NCBI GenBank assembly: GCA_038851755.1
Contig: JAWCKR010000006.1
Span: 2,216-66,215 of the forward strand
Direction of reading: 5' to 3'
From: Candidatus Hadarchaeales archaeon
GTDB taxonomy: Archaea > Hadarchaeota > Hadarchaeia > Hadarchaeales > WYZ-LMO6
DNA: 64,000 bases
Part shown: positions 28,389 through 37,054 of the stretch, piece after piece
Layout of the letters: each line of letters begins with the position of its first letter
Numbering within the stretch: position 1 is the first letter of the stretch
Position numbers and translations under genes: made by a program
Notes under the pieces: generated by a model
The model's database searches: none
Told to the model about the DNA's origin: nothing
Seen by the model: the letters and a program-made list of their open reading frames with translations, nothing else

Positions 28389-30086
28389 ATGGAGGGAGTC
28401 CTGAAAAAGACGGTGAAGCTGAAGCTGAATATAGAGCCTACAGAGTTGGAAGAGGTGATGAGTAAGTACTCAGCCGCCGTGAACTTTTACATCAAGCGCT
28501 GCTTCCAGGTTCTAACCAACAACCGTTGGCTAGGAAAGAGTGAGAGGTTCCAGGCTACCTGTTCGTCGTGCGGGACCGAAGGTACCGTGGTCTCCGTCGG
28601 GTCTCTGGGAAGCTTGTGCGCCGACTGCCGTAGGAACATGCTTAGTTACAATGCCCTGCGCAAACGTTTCACTCCTACCAAAGAGAGGCGCGTACCGGCC
28701 GCAGATAATGTTTACCTCGCGGCTCGTAACTTATCGCCTACCCTCGCCGCTCAGGCTTTTCAGCATGCACAGGCAATTCTCAAGAGCTGGTTTGCCCTGA
28801 AAAAGAAGAGGGATTACGCACTTAGGGACGTGGAGAAGAAGCTAAGGCTCTGGAAGGAAGTCCTGGAAGACAGCGAAGTGGTGGCGGGGGAGGGGAAGAT
28901 TAAAGCACGCGTAGTGGTGCCCCCCAAGGGACGACAGCGTCTGCCTAGGTTCAAGCATGTCCTTCACCCGGAGAACTTCAAAGGAAGGACCCTGAGGGGG
29001 ATAGAGCTAGCCATCGAAAAACTGGAGAGGAGACGTCGCGCACTTTTGAAAGAGCAGTTGCCCCCCAAGTTCCGCGGAGAATCGATGTGGCTTCACAAGA
29101 ACTCGATAAAATTCTTGGACGAGCGGAGGGTCAAGCTCGTGCTGGAAGGGAAGCACATGGAAGTGCAATTTCATGCTTTGGAGGTCGAGCGCGAAAAGAG
29201 CAGAGATTACCTAATGAGGTATGTTCGCTTAGCGCTCGAGATGCAGGAGAGAAACATCCATGCCTATCCCAGGTTGCTCATTGAAAACGGTTCTTGCTTC
29301 CTGGAGTTTCCGGTCAGGATACCCTTTGGGACACCAGAGCCTGACGAAACTTTCGGGGCAGTGGGTATCGACCGTGGGGTCAACTCGCTTATAGCTTTTG
29401 CTGCGGTCAACCGCTACTTGGGCAAGCCCCATCATTTGTGGTTGGCGAGCGGTGGGGAATTGTCCTTGCTTAGGGCGAAGGGAAGGCTGCTCCGGAGGAG
29501 GTTATATGAGGTGGGCAAAGTTCACCGCGAGCAGGGGAAGCGTTTCCGGTTACGCAGGAGATTAAAATCGATGAAGAAAGAGAGTGAGCTCTCGAAACAT
29601 ATCCTGCATGGGATTGCGAAGTCCGTGGTGAGGAAGGCGAAGGAGCTGTATCCCGACGGACGCGTGGTTATAGTAATGGAGAAGCTCGAAGGCCTTCGCC
29701 CGGTGAAAGGGAAGAAGCATGAGCGCTCTTTGAATTTCAAGCTTTCGAGTTTTGCATACAGGAGGCTCGGGGAATACATACATTACAAGGCTCAGGAGGA
29801 GGGAATACCCGTAATTTTCGTACCACCCTCAGGGACCTCCACCAGGTGTTCTAAGTGCGGTTGCGACAATCCCTCTAACAGGTCAGGTGGTTTCTTTAGG
29901 TGCTCCAATTGTGGATTCCAAATGAACGCTGACCTGAACGCTGCAATAAACATTGCCAACCGCTTCTACGAAAATTTTAAAGGCGGAGAAAAACAGAACG
30001 GAATTGGGGCCGAGGAACGCCCGGACCCCTCGGCTCCGAGTAGGTCAAGCTCACCAGAAGGTGAGGAGCGCGCCCCTAACCCCTGA
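28389..30086 (+). CDS. cas12f: Type V-F CRISPR effector, Cas12f2 (Cas14b)-like RuvC nuclease, 565 aa
   Basis: RuvC-I GIDRG, RuvC-II VMEKL, RuvC-III NADLNAAINIA, C-terminal CSKC/CSNC Zn finger, N-terminal CSSC..CADC Zn finger; followed by tracrRNA and repeats. Confidence 0.85.
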   Translation: MEGVLKKTVKLKLNIEPTELEEVMSKYSAAVNFYIKRCFQVLTNNRWLGKSERFQATCSSCGTEGTVVSVGSLGSLCADCRRNMLSYNALRKRFTPTKERRVPAADNVYLAARNLSPTLAAQAFQHAQAILKSWFALKKKRDYALRDVEKKLRLWKEVLEDSEVVAGEGKIKARVVVPPKGRQRLPRFKHVLHPENFKGRTLRGIELAIEKLERRRRALLKEQLPPKFRGESMWLHKNSIKFLDERRVKLVLEGKHMEVQFHALEVEREKSRDYLMRYVRLALEMQERNIHAYPRLLIENGSCFLEFPVRIPFGTPEPDETFGAVGIDRGVNSLIAFAAVNRYLGKPHHLWLASGGELSLLRAKGRLLRRRLYEVGKVHREQGKRFRLRRRLKSMKKESELSKHILHGIAKSVVRKAKELYPDGRVVIVMEKLEGLRPVKGKKHERSLNFKLSSFAYRRLGEYIHYKAQEEGIPVIFVPPSGTSTRCSKCGCDNPSNRSGGFFRCSNCGFQMNADLNAAINIANRFYENFKGGEKQNGIGAEERPDPSAPSRSSSPEGEERAPNP

Positions 30087-30242
30087 AAGAAGGGGGACGG
30101 CAAGCGTGCTCGGGCAGCGTCGCACTGCCAGAGCTCGGACCTGCCCCGCTTTCGAGCGGGATGCAAGGCTCCGGCCCCGATGACATGAGGGGACGGGTCA
30201 GAACGGGCGACGCCTTCCCAACTTTTGAACGTCTTTATAAAC
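30006..30242 (+). ncRNA. Putative tracrRNA of Cas12f
   Basis: Series of hairpins; loop GTCGCA (30119-30124) is complementary to the repeat end TGCGAC; anti-repeat at 30217-30242; exact ends uncertain. Confidence 0.8.
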
Positions 30243-30324
30243 CTTCTTTGTAAAAACCGAAGTTCAAACGGTGGGAACCAGGGAGTCCAGTGGGGCCGTA
30301 CTGGCATCACCAGAAACGAGGGGG

Positions 30325-30469
30325 GTTTCAATAGACTCAGGAGTTGGGTGGGTGATGCGACCACTACGGAGTTGTACTTTTCTCCCTCAGGAGGTGAGGA
30401 TTCTCGCCTTGACGAGGCGAAGATCTTGGGTTGTTTCAATGGACCCAGGAGTTGGGTAGGTCATATCTT
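30325..30469 (+). CRISPR. Minimal CRISPR array: two 37-nt repeats and one 71-nt spacer
   Basis: R1 GTTTCAATAGACTCAGGAGTTGGGTGGGTGATGCGAC (30325-30361); R2 GTTTCAATGGACCCAGGAGTTGGGTAGGTCATATCTT (30433-30469), 28/37 identical and degenerate at the 3' end. Confidence 0.8.
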
Positions 30470-30484
30470 AAAGTTAGATGGGGT

Positions 30485-31054
30485 TTACCTGAGCCTGGCC
30501 CCCAGGTGGGCTAGTGTGGCCTTCTTCACTTCCTCGGCTTTCTTCCTCCCCACCAAGTGCTTCAGGAGCTCAAGGGCGAAGGCGAAGGCAGTGGCCGGTC
30601 CCATGCTGGTGATGATCTTCCCGTCCGCCACCACCAGTCCCCTTGAGGGCTTCCCTCCGCCCTTCTTCAGCTCCGCTTCCATGCCGGGGTAGATGGTGCT
30701 CTTCTTCCCCCTGAGCACCCCAGCCTCTGCGAGGACGGAGGGGGCACCGCAGATGGCAGCCACGATTAACCCCCTCTCAGCCGCTTCCCTCACCAGCTCC
30801 AGCACCTTCCGGTTTTTCCTGAGGTTCTCGTACCCGGGATACCCTCCGGGACAGATCACGGCGTCGAAGTCCCTCACGCTGACTTCCTCCAGCTTGCGGT
30901 CAGGAATCACCTTCACCCCGTGCGATCCCTCCACCGGCGTCTCCAGTCCCGCCGTCACCACCTCCACCCCTCCCCTCCTGAGGAGGTCCACCACCGTCAT
31001 GGCCTCCACCTCCTCGAAGCCCGGGGCCAGGAAGACGAGGGCCTTCACCATCAT
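30485..31054 (-). CDS. DJ-1/PfpI (YajL-like) protein
   Basis: GFEEVEA, CPGG, AAICGAP and TSMGPAT motifs. Confidence 0.92.
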   Translation of the reverse strand: MMVKALVFLAPGFEEVEAMTVVDLLRRGGVEVVTAGLETPVEGSHGVKVIPDRKLEEVSVRDFDAVICPGGYPGYENLRKNRKVLELVREAAERGLIVAAICGAPSVLAEAGVLRGKKSTIYPGMEAELKKGGGKPSRGLVVADGKIITSMGPATAFAFALELLKHLVGRKKAEEVKKATLAHLGARLR

Positions 31055-31100
31055 TCTCCTTTCTCCGGGGTTTTTAAAATCGAGCGGGAGAGGAGGGTGG

Positions 31101-31799
31101 ATGGAAGCGGTGGGGATGATCCTCTGCGGGGGTTACGGTAAGAGGCTTTTCCCCCTCACCCGGACCCTACCCAAGGTCCTGCTGGAGCTGAGGGAGGGCT
31201 ACACCATCCTCGACCACCAGCTCTCCCTCTACCGCAGGGCGGGCATCAGGGAGGTCTACCTGCTGGCCGGGTACCGGGCGGAAGAGATCAGGAAGAGGTA
31301 CGGGGCGTCCTGGGAAGGAATGGAGCTGAGGTACGTGGTGGAGAAGGAACCCCTGGGCACCCTTAACGCTATCAGGCTTGGGATGAGGGAGGCTGGAAGG
31401 GAGGCGGTGGTGAGCAACGGGGACGTGGTGATGGAGCTGGACATGGGAAAAATGTGGGAGGACTTCCGGAGGTCGAAGGCCCTGGCTTCCCTGTTGGCGG
31501 TGAGGATGAGGAGCCCCTACGGGGTCCTGAAGCTCAGGGGCAGGAGGATCGTCTCCTTCGTGGAGAAGCCCCTCCTTCCCCACTACGTGAACGGAGGGGT
31601 CTACTGCCTCAGCCCCCTCCTCCTCCCCCTGATGGAGAGGTTCGGAAAGGGGAACGTGGAGCAGACCCTCTTCCCGGAACTGGCCAGGAGGGGAAAGCTC
31701 AGATGCTACAGGGCAGACCCGCCCCTCTGGGTCCCCGTGGACACCTTCAAGGACCTGGAGGAAGCCAGGAAGAGGCTGGAGGGGCTCAGGAGGGCTTGA
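31101..31799 (+). CDS. Sugar-phosphate nucleotidyltransferase
   Basis: ILCGGYGKRL..LPK, EPLGT, NGD and FVEKP motifs. Confidence 0.88.
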   Translation: MEAVGMILCGGYGKRLFPLTRTLPKVLLELREGYTILDHQLSLYRRAGIREVYLLAGYRAEEIRKRYGASWEGMELRYVVEKEPLGTLNAIRLGMREAGREAVVSNGDVVMELDMGKMWEDFRRSKALASLLAVRMRSPYGVLKLRGRRIVSFVEKPLLPHYVNGGVYCLSPLLLPLMERFGKGNVEQTLFPELARRGKLRCYRADPPLWVPVDTFKDLEEARKRLEGLRRA

Positions 31800-32565
31800 G
31801 GGCCTCGGGAAGGGACTTCAGGAAGCGGGAGGACTCACCCCTCTCCGCCTTCCCCACGAGGAGGAGCGCCATCACCTCTTCCTTTCTCCAGATCGCCCCG
31901 TCTATCTCCTCCTTCTCCAGGTGGAAGTGTGCCAGCCCCGGGTGGCTCTCGTAGAGCCTGTCCCCCAGTTTGCCCAGCACCTCCTGTAGCCCTGCCCTGG
32001 CGTCCTCGGGTGAGGGAAAGAGCAGGGTGTAGAGGGCCAGCCTCTCCCCCCTCTCGCCTTCCCAGAGCCTGAAGAAGCCCTCAGCGCCGGTTCCAGGTCT
32101 TCCGAGGATGGCTTCCTCCTTCACGCCACCCTCACCCACCTCCTTCCAGCCGGGGAGGGAAACCTGCCTGAGCCAGGAGAGGAGGTCTGGTCGGGCCTTG
32201 GCCTCAGGTGCTTCCGGCCTGGGTTCCAACACCTCTTCAGCTTTTTCCAGAGCCTCCTTGAGCCTGGAGATTACCTCTCCCCCCCCTTCCTGAGTTTTTG
32301 GCTCGGGGGGTACCCTCTCCGTCTCCGGGGCCTTTTCTTTGACCTCTTCCCTTTCCGGAACCGCCTCTACTTTCTCCACGGGGCCCTCCTCTTCCTCTGG
32401 GCCCTCCATCACCGACACGGCGAACAGGAGGAGGAGGACGAAGGCTATGCCAGCCGCGAAGACGAAGGAGAGCTCGGGGGAGGAGGGGGGAAAGAGGATG
32501 AAGAGGATGACCCCTGCCGCGGCAACCACCAGAGAGACCATTGCGAGGAGCCTCGCTTGTTCCAT
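31786..32565 (-). CDS. Hypothetical membrane-anchored protein
   Basis: Two N-terminal TM helices, Glu/Pro linker and a globular C-terminal domain; host-like codons. Confidence 0.6.
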   Translation of the reverse strand: MEQARLLAMVSLVVAAAGVILFILFPPSSPELSFVFAAGIAFVLLLLFAVSVMEGPEEEEGPVEKVEAVPEREEVKEKAPETERVPPEPKTQEGGGEVISRLKEALEKAEEVLEPRPEAPEAKARPDLLSWLRQVSLPGWKEVGEGGVKEEAILGRPGTGAEGFFRLWEGERGERLALYTLLFPSPEDARAGLQEVLGKLGDRLYESHPGLAHFHLEKEEIDGAIWRKEEVMALLLVGKAERGESSRFLKSLPEALKPS

Positions 32566-32657
32566 GCCTGTCCTATAACTAGGAGGAACTCCTTATAGAG
32601 CCTGCGGGGGGAAGAGGTCCCAAAAACCTCTTTTAACTCCAGGTTTTAAGGGAGTGA

Positions 32658-33578
32658 ATGAGCGTAAACCCCACTAGGTTCATCTGGATGGATGGGAAGC
32701 TGGTTCCCTGGGAGGAGGCCAAGGTGCACCTGCTGACCCACACCCTCCACTACGGATACGGGGTGTTCGAGGGGATAAGGTGCTACCGGACTCCAGGAGG
32801 TCCCGCCATCTTCAGGCTGAGGGACCATATGCTGAGGCTCCAGCGCTCCGCCGACATCGTGGGGATGAAGCTCCCCTACACGGTGGAGGAGCTGGTGGAG
32901 GCGGTCAGGCTCACCGTGAGGGAGAACGGGCTGGAGGAGTGCTACATAAGGCCCATCGCCTACTGCGGCTACGGGGTGATGGGGCTGAACCCCAGGGGGG
33001 CTCCCGTGAGGGTGGCCGTGGCCGCCTGGCAGTGGGGGACCTACCTGGGGGAGGAGGGACTGAGGAACGGGGTGAGGGTGAAGATCTCTCCCTACCGCAG
33101 AATCCATCCCTCCGTGCTCCCACCCCATGCCAAGCTGGTGGCCAACTACGCCAATTCCATCCTGGCCAAGCTGGATGCGGTGGACAGCGGTTATGACGAG
33201 GCCCTCATGCTCAACCTCTCGGGCAACGTTTCCGAGGGGCCGGGGGAGAACCTCTTCATAGTGGAGAGGGGGTCCCTGATTACCCCTCCTGTGTCCGAGT
33301 GCGCCCTTCCAGGGATAACCAGGGATTCCGTCCTGCAGATCGCCCAGCGGGAGGGCATCCCCACCCGGGAGGAGCCCATCTCCCTCGAGAGGCTTCACGG
33401 GGCGGAGGAGGCCTTCTTCACGGGCACGGCCGCGGAGGTGACCCCCATAAGGGAGGTGAATGACCGCCCCATAGGGAACGGGAGGAGGGGGAAGATCACT
33501 GCCAGGTTACAGGAGCTTTACTTCAGGGTGGTGAGGGGAGAGGAGAAAGGCTACGATCACTGGCTGGAAAGGGTCTGA
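32658..33578 (+). CDS. ilvE: Branched-chain amino acid aminotransferase
   Basis: LHYGYGVFEG, AK..ANY, EGPGENLF, LPGITR and GTAAEV motifs. Confidence 0.95.
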   Translation: MSVNPTRFIWMDGKLVPWEEAKVHLLTHTLHYGYGVFEGIRCYRTPGGPAIFRLRDHMLRLQRSADIVGMKLPYTVEELVEAVRLTVRENGLEECYIRPIAYCGYGVMGLNPRGAPVRVAVAAWQWGTYLGEEGLRNGVRVKISPYRRIHPSVLPPHAKLVANYANSILAKLDAVDSGYDEALMLNLSGNVSEGPGENLFIVERGSLITPPVSECALPGITRDSVLQIAQREGIPTREEPISLERLHGAEEAFFTGTAAEVTPIREVNDRPIGNGRRGKITARLQELYFRVVRGEEKGYDHWLERV

Positions 33579-33581
33579 GGT

Positions 33582-34568
33582 TTACTCCTTAGAGGTGAGG
33601 GTCTTCTCCAGCTGGCTTAGGATGAACCTCCTGACCTCCCTCAGGCTACCCCTTCCCGTGGCGCTGGCGGCCCCGGGATGCCCCCCTCCAGAGCCCCCGA
33701 AGGACCTGCCCACCTCCTGCATGAGGGATCCGAGGTGAAGTTGGGTACTCTCGCAGAGTTCTGGCGTGGCCCTTCCAGAAATCCTGAACTCTCCCTTCTC
33801 CTCGGAGCCCACGAAGCTCAGGTCAGCCCCCAGCCTCAGGAGGACGGAGGCGGCATCGGCCTCGAAGGCGCTGAGCTCCGAGAAGACCACCAAGTGTTCT
33901 CCCATGCTCCTGATCTCCATGCGCTGGGCGGCCTTGAGCATGGCCATGCGCCTGGACCGGTCCTCCGGCAGCTTGAGGGTTTCCAGGAGCTGCCTGTAGT
34001 CGGCCCCACACCTTATCAGCCCGCACACGGCCTCCAGCGTGGAGTTGCGGGCGAGCTTCAGTCCGGCAGTGTCCGTCAAGATTCCGGCCAGTAGCAGGTT
34101 TGCCTGTTCCGCGGAAGGCTCCTTCCCCATCTCACGGAGCAGGTGCAGGATCATTTCCGCCGAGGAGGTGGCGTGCTCGTCCACCCAGGCGACCTCCACC
34201 TCCTCCTTCATCCCCTCCACCTCCAGGTGGTGGTCTATGAGGAGGACGGGTTTCCTCCTCACCTCCTCCCCCACCTTTCCCAGGTGGCTGAAGCTGGAGG
34301 CGTCCACCATCACCACTAGATCGGCCTGGAGGTTGGGGGAGGTGCTCACCTCCCTCCCGTAGCGCTCCAAGAGGAACTGGGCGAGCTTGTTCATGCCCTC
34401 GGGGACCACCACCTCAGTCCTCGCCCCCAGTTCCTCCAGAACCTCGGAGAGGACGACGGCGCTCCCCACTCCGTCCGGATCGGCCTGCTGGTGGGAGACG
34501 AGTAGAACGCACCTCCCCTCCCTGGCCTTCTCCAGGAGAAGCCTCGCAGCCTTCTCTAGGGGGGTCAA
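33582..34568 (-). CDS. DHH family phosphoesterase
   Basis: HQQADPD, IDHH, ILTDT and GGGHPGAA motifs; conserved position after pfdB. Confidence 0.9.
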   Translation of the reverse strand: MTPLEKAARLLLEKAREGRCVLLVSHQQADPDGVGSAVVLSEVLEELGARTEVVVPEGMNKLAQFLLERYGREVSTSPNLQADLVVMVDASSFSHLGKVGEEVRRKPVLLIDHHLEVEGMKEEVEVAWVDEHATSSAEMILHLLREMGKEPSAEQANLLLAGILTDTAGLKLARNSTLEAVCGLIRCGADYRQLLETLKLPEDRSRRMAMLKAAQRMEIRSMGEHLVVFSELSAFEADAASVLLRLGADLSFVGSEEKGEFRISGRATPELCESTQLHLGSLMQEVGRSFGGSGGGHPGAASATGRGSLREVRRFILSQLEKTLTSKE

Positions 34569-34921
34569 GCTTCAGGCCTTTTCGTTTTTAGGGCCTCTTC
34601 CAGCTTCTGCTGCAGCTCCCTGAGCCTCTCCGTCACCCTCTCCTCCTGACGCTCCAAGGTCTTCACCCTCAGCTCCAGGGTCTCCCTCTGCTCCTCCAGT
34701 TCCTTCCGGAGTGCCTCCCTGTCGGCCCTCACCAGCAGGGGTCCCACTCCCTTGTAAACCGCCGCATCCTGAGGGCTTTTGTCCAGTTCTTCCACGGCCT
34801 TCTTGGTCTCCAGCATCAGCAGCTCCAGCTGCTGCCTCTGGGCGGCTAGGGCCTGGGCGTGCTGCTGCGCCTGCTGGTACTGCGCCACCATGTGCTTCAG
34901 CTGCGGGGGGAGTTCCTCCAT
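34565..34921 (-). CDS. pfdB: Prefoldin beta subunit
   Basis: MEELPPQ..VYKGVGPLLV flanked by coiled coils; synteny. Confidence 0.92.
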   Translation of the reverse strand: MEELPPQLKHMVAQYQQAQQHAQALAAQRQQLELLMLETKKAVEELDKSPQDAAVYKGVGPLLVRADREALRKELEEQRETLELRVKTLERQEERVTERLRELQQKLEEALKTKRPEA

Positions 34922-35178
34922 CTTCCTTCCTCCTTGAGTTCCATCATGTCACGCACCACCGCCACCAATCTCAGGAGGGAGTTCAGGGCGGCGCGCAGGG
35001 AGGGCGTATCCCTCGCCCTCACCTCCAGCCTCAGGGTCTTCCCCCTGGACAAGACCTTCACGGAGCTCTTGTCCTTCCCCGGGGAGGACTCCTCCGGCTT
35101 GAGGGCCAGGCAGGCCCTCCTGGCAAGCTCCGCGCTGGGGAAGACCACTTCCACCTCGGCTTCCGAACGTGTGGACAC
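34897..35178 (-). CDS. pcc1: KEOPS subunit Pcc1
   Basis: ARDTPSLRAALNSLLR motif; synteny. Confidence 0.88.
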   Translation of the reverse strand: MSTRSEAEVEVVFPSAELARRACLALKPEESSPGKDKSSVKVLSRGKTLRLEVRARDTPSLRAALNSLLRLVAVVRDMMELKEEGRWRNSPRS

Positions 35179-35187
35179 CTCACCACC

Positions 35188-35319
35188 TCACAGGGCCTTT
35201 ACCCTCCTGACCACGGGCTGGCGCACCTTGTAAAAAATCCTGAACCCGCAGCGGGGGCAGACTATTCTCTCCAGCTTCTGGATTTCCACGGTTTCCCCGC
35301 AGTGATAGCACTTGTACAT
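35188..35319 (-). CDS. rpoP: RNA polymerase subunit P (Rpo12), 43 aa (not in the ORF track)
   Basis: Translated by hand: MYKCYHCG..VCPRCGFRIFYKVRQPVVRRVKAL. Confidence 0.92.
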   Translation of the reverse strand: MYKCYHCGETVEIQKLERIVCPRCGFRIFYKVRQPVVRRVKAL

Positions 35320-35320
35320 C

Positions 35321-35557
35321 TCATCTCCTCCAGCCCTCTGGGGAGGGGGGTTGGTAGGCCTGGCCTGCGAACTTGCTCCCGCACTTGAAGCACTCCCAGA
35401 TACCCGTGCTGGTCCTCTTCAACTTCAAGGACCCGCAGGAGGGGCACACCTTCTTCCCCGACTTCTCGGCCTCTATTTCCCCGGCCAGTCTCCGGTCCTT
35501 GAGCCCGTACCTGGGACCGTACTTTCCCGCCGCGCCCACCTTTTTTGTCCTTCCCAT
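35321..35557 (-). CDS. rpl37ae: 50S ribosomal protein L37Ae (eL43)
   Basis: RTKKVGAAGKYGPRYG, CPSC and GIWECFKC motifs. Confidence 0.95.
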   Translation of the reverse strand: MGRTKKVGAAGKYGPRYGLKDRRLAGEIEAEKSGKKVCPSCGSLKLKRTSTGIWECFKCGSKFAGQAYQPPSPEGWRR

Positions 35558-35561
35558 ACCC

Positions 35562-36323
35562 TCACAGCTTCTTCCTCAGTTCTTCCCCGCATCTCCTGGC
35601 GAGCTCGTAGGCCTTCTCCAGTTCCTCCCTTTGGAAGAACCCGCTTCCCCCTTTCTGCATGGCGCAGATGTCCCCGTTCTCCAGGGTGGAGATGGTCAAC
35701 CTCACGTCCGCCGTGTTCTCCTCCTCCAGACCAGCGTCCACCATCATCACCCCGTTGAGCTTCACCACGGTCACGGCAACGGGTTTGGCCCGGAGGGGAA
35801 ACTCGGGGAGGGTCCACTCCTCCGCGGCCGGGGGCTTCACGTCGTAGAGGGCCGCCACGCTGGCGAGGACGGAGGCATCTATCAGGTTCCCGTCGTGGTC
35901 GAGGACGTAGATGTCGATGAAGACCGCCCATACCTCCTCCCCTTCCTTGATGCACAGCTTTTCCAGGTCTATCATCTGGGACTCCCTGATCGTCCTGTCG
36001 ACCACCCTGGCCAGCTCTATGGCGTTCTCGTTGGGCGGTCCTGGCTCGAAGGTGGGTGAGGCGAGGGGCAGGAGTTCGGCGTTCACCACCAGGATGCCGG
36101 AGGTGGGGGTATCGGGGAAGGGCTCCCCTTTCTCCAGCTTCACGCCCACCATCACCTGCGTGTTCCCGAGCTTCACCAGGGCGGAGCCCTGGGCGGTCCC
36201 TATTATCCCCCTTTCGATCGAGACCTCCCGGTACTGGTCTAGGGCCCTGCCGTCCACCCTTTTCCCCTGGCTGGCCAGGTCCACCAGGTACTCCCTCTTC
36301 ACGCTTGCTATGAGCTCCTTCAT
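35562..36323 (-). CDS. rrp42: Exosome subunit Rrp42
   Basis: [19 protein letters not shown] and LDHDGNLID motifs. Confidence 0.95.
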   Translation of the reverse strand: MKELIASVKREYLVDLASQGKRVDGRALDQYREVSIERGIIGTAQGSALVKLGNTQVMVGVKLEKGEPFPDTPTSGILVVNAELLPLASPTFEPGPPNENAIELARVVDRTIRESQMIDLEKLCIKEGEEVWAVFIDIYVLDHDGNLIDASVLASVAALYDVKPPAAEEWTLPEFPLRAKPVAVTVVKLNGVMMVDAGLEEENTADVRLTISTLENGDICAMQKGGSGFFQREELEKAYELARRCGEELRKKL

Positions 36324-37054
36324 CTTCCTTCCTCCAGCGAGGGCAGGTACTTCTCCTTCAGGGCCTCCTTCTGGGCCTCGTATATCTGCTCCGCCCCCTT
36401 GAAGGCCAGGTCAAGGGCTTGCCTGAACTCCTGGGGGGTGAAGTTCCCGTCCATCTGCAAGAGGGTGATGCACTTCTTCCTGGGCATGACCGCTATGGGC
36501 ATGTCGGCTTCTCCCCACTGGTCCTCCTCCTTCATCAGATCCAGCACCACCGTGCCGTCCACCTTCCCCGCCGAGATCCCCGCCACCAAGTCCCTCATGG
36601 GCACACCCGCGTCGGCAAGGGCGACGGAGGCGGCAGTGATCCCTGCCGTACGGGTCCCCGCGTCTGCTTGGAGGATTTCGATGAACACATCTATCACGGC
36701 CCTGGGGTACAGGTGCAGGAAGAGAACGGGCTCCAGGGCCTCCCTTATCACCTTGGAGATCTCCATGGACCTCCTGTCGGGTCCGGGTCTCTTCCTCTCC
36801 TCCACCGAGAAGGGAGCCATGTTGTACCTGCACCGCAGCACGGCCACATCAGGCTGCTGATGATGTCGTGGGTGCATCTCCTTGGGGCCATAGACGGCGG
36901 CCAGGATCTTGTTCTTCCCCAGCTCTATGTAGGCCGACCCGTCCGCACGCTTCAGGATCCCGGCTTTTATGCGGAGGGGCCTCAGCTCGTCGGGCCTCCT
37001 CCCATCCAGCCGCCTCCCGTCTATCAGCAGCCTCTCGGGTTTTCCCGCTACCAT
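36320..37054 (-). CDS. rrp41: Exosome subunit Rrp41
   Basis: [16 protein letters not shown] and QADAGTR motifs. Confidence 0.95.
   Translation of the reverse strand: MVAGKPERLLIDGRRLDGRRPDELRPLRIKAGILKRADGSAYIELGKNKILAAVYGPKEMHPRHHQQPDVAVLRCRYNMAPFSVEERKRPGPDRRSMEISKVIREALEPVLFLHLYPRAVIDVFIEILQADAGTRTAGITAASVALADAGVPMRDLVAGISAGKVDGTVVLDLMKEEDQWGEADMPIAVMPRKKCITLLQMDGNFTPQEFRQALDLAFKGAEQIYEAQKEALKEKYLPSLEEGR

Noticed and set aside
28389-30086. Ordinary IS200/IS605 or IS607 TnpB transposon
   Set aside because: There is no tnpA. The protein is much longer, has an N-terminal Zn finger, and is followed by repeats with matching anti-repeats.
30375-30411. Third degenerate repeat inside the spacer (CTCAGGAG)
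   Set aside because: Only an 8-nt core matches, and the implied spacers would be too short and uneven.
30325-30469. Array transcribed from the minus strand (repeat ending ATTGAAAC)
   Set aside because: The plus-strand anti-repeat pairing uses G-U pairs that become A-C mismatches on the other strand, and the degenerate repeat is the distal one in the plus orientation.
30225-30692. 155-aa ORF across the CRISPR repeats
   Set aside because: Its repeated peptide only reflects the DNA repeats, and it overlaps DJ-1 antisense.
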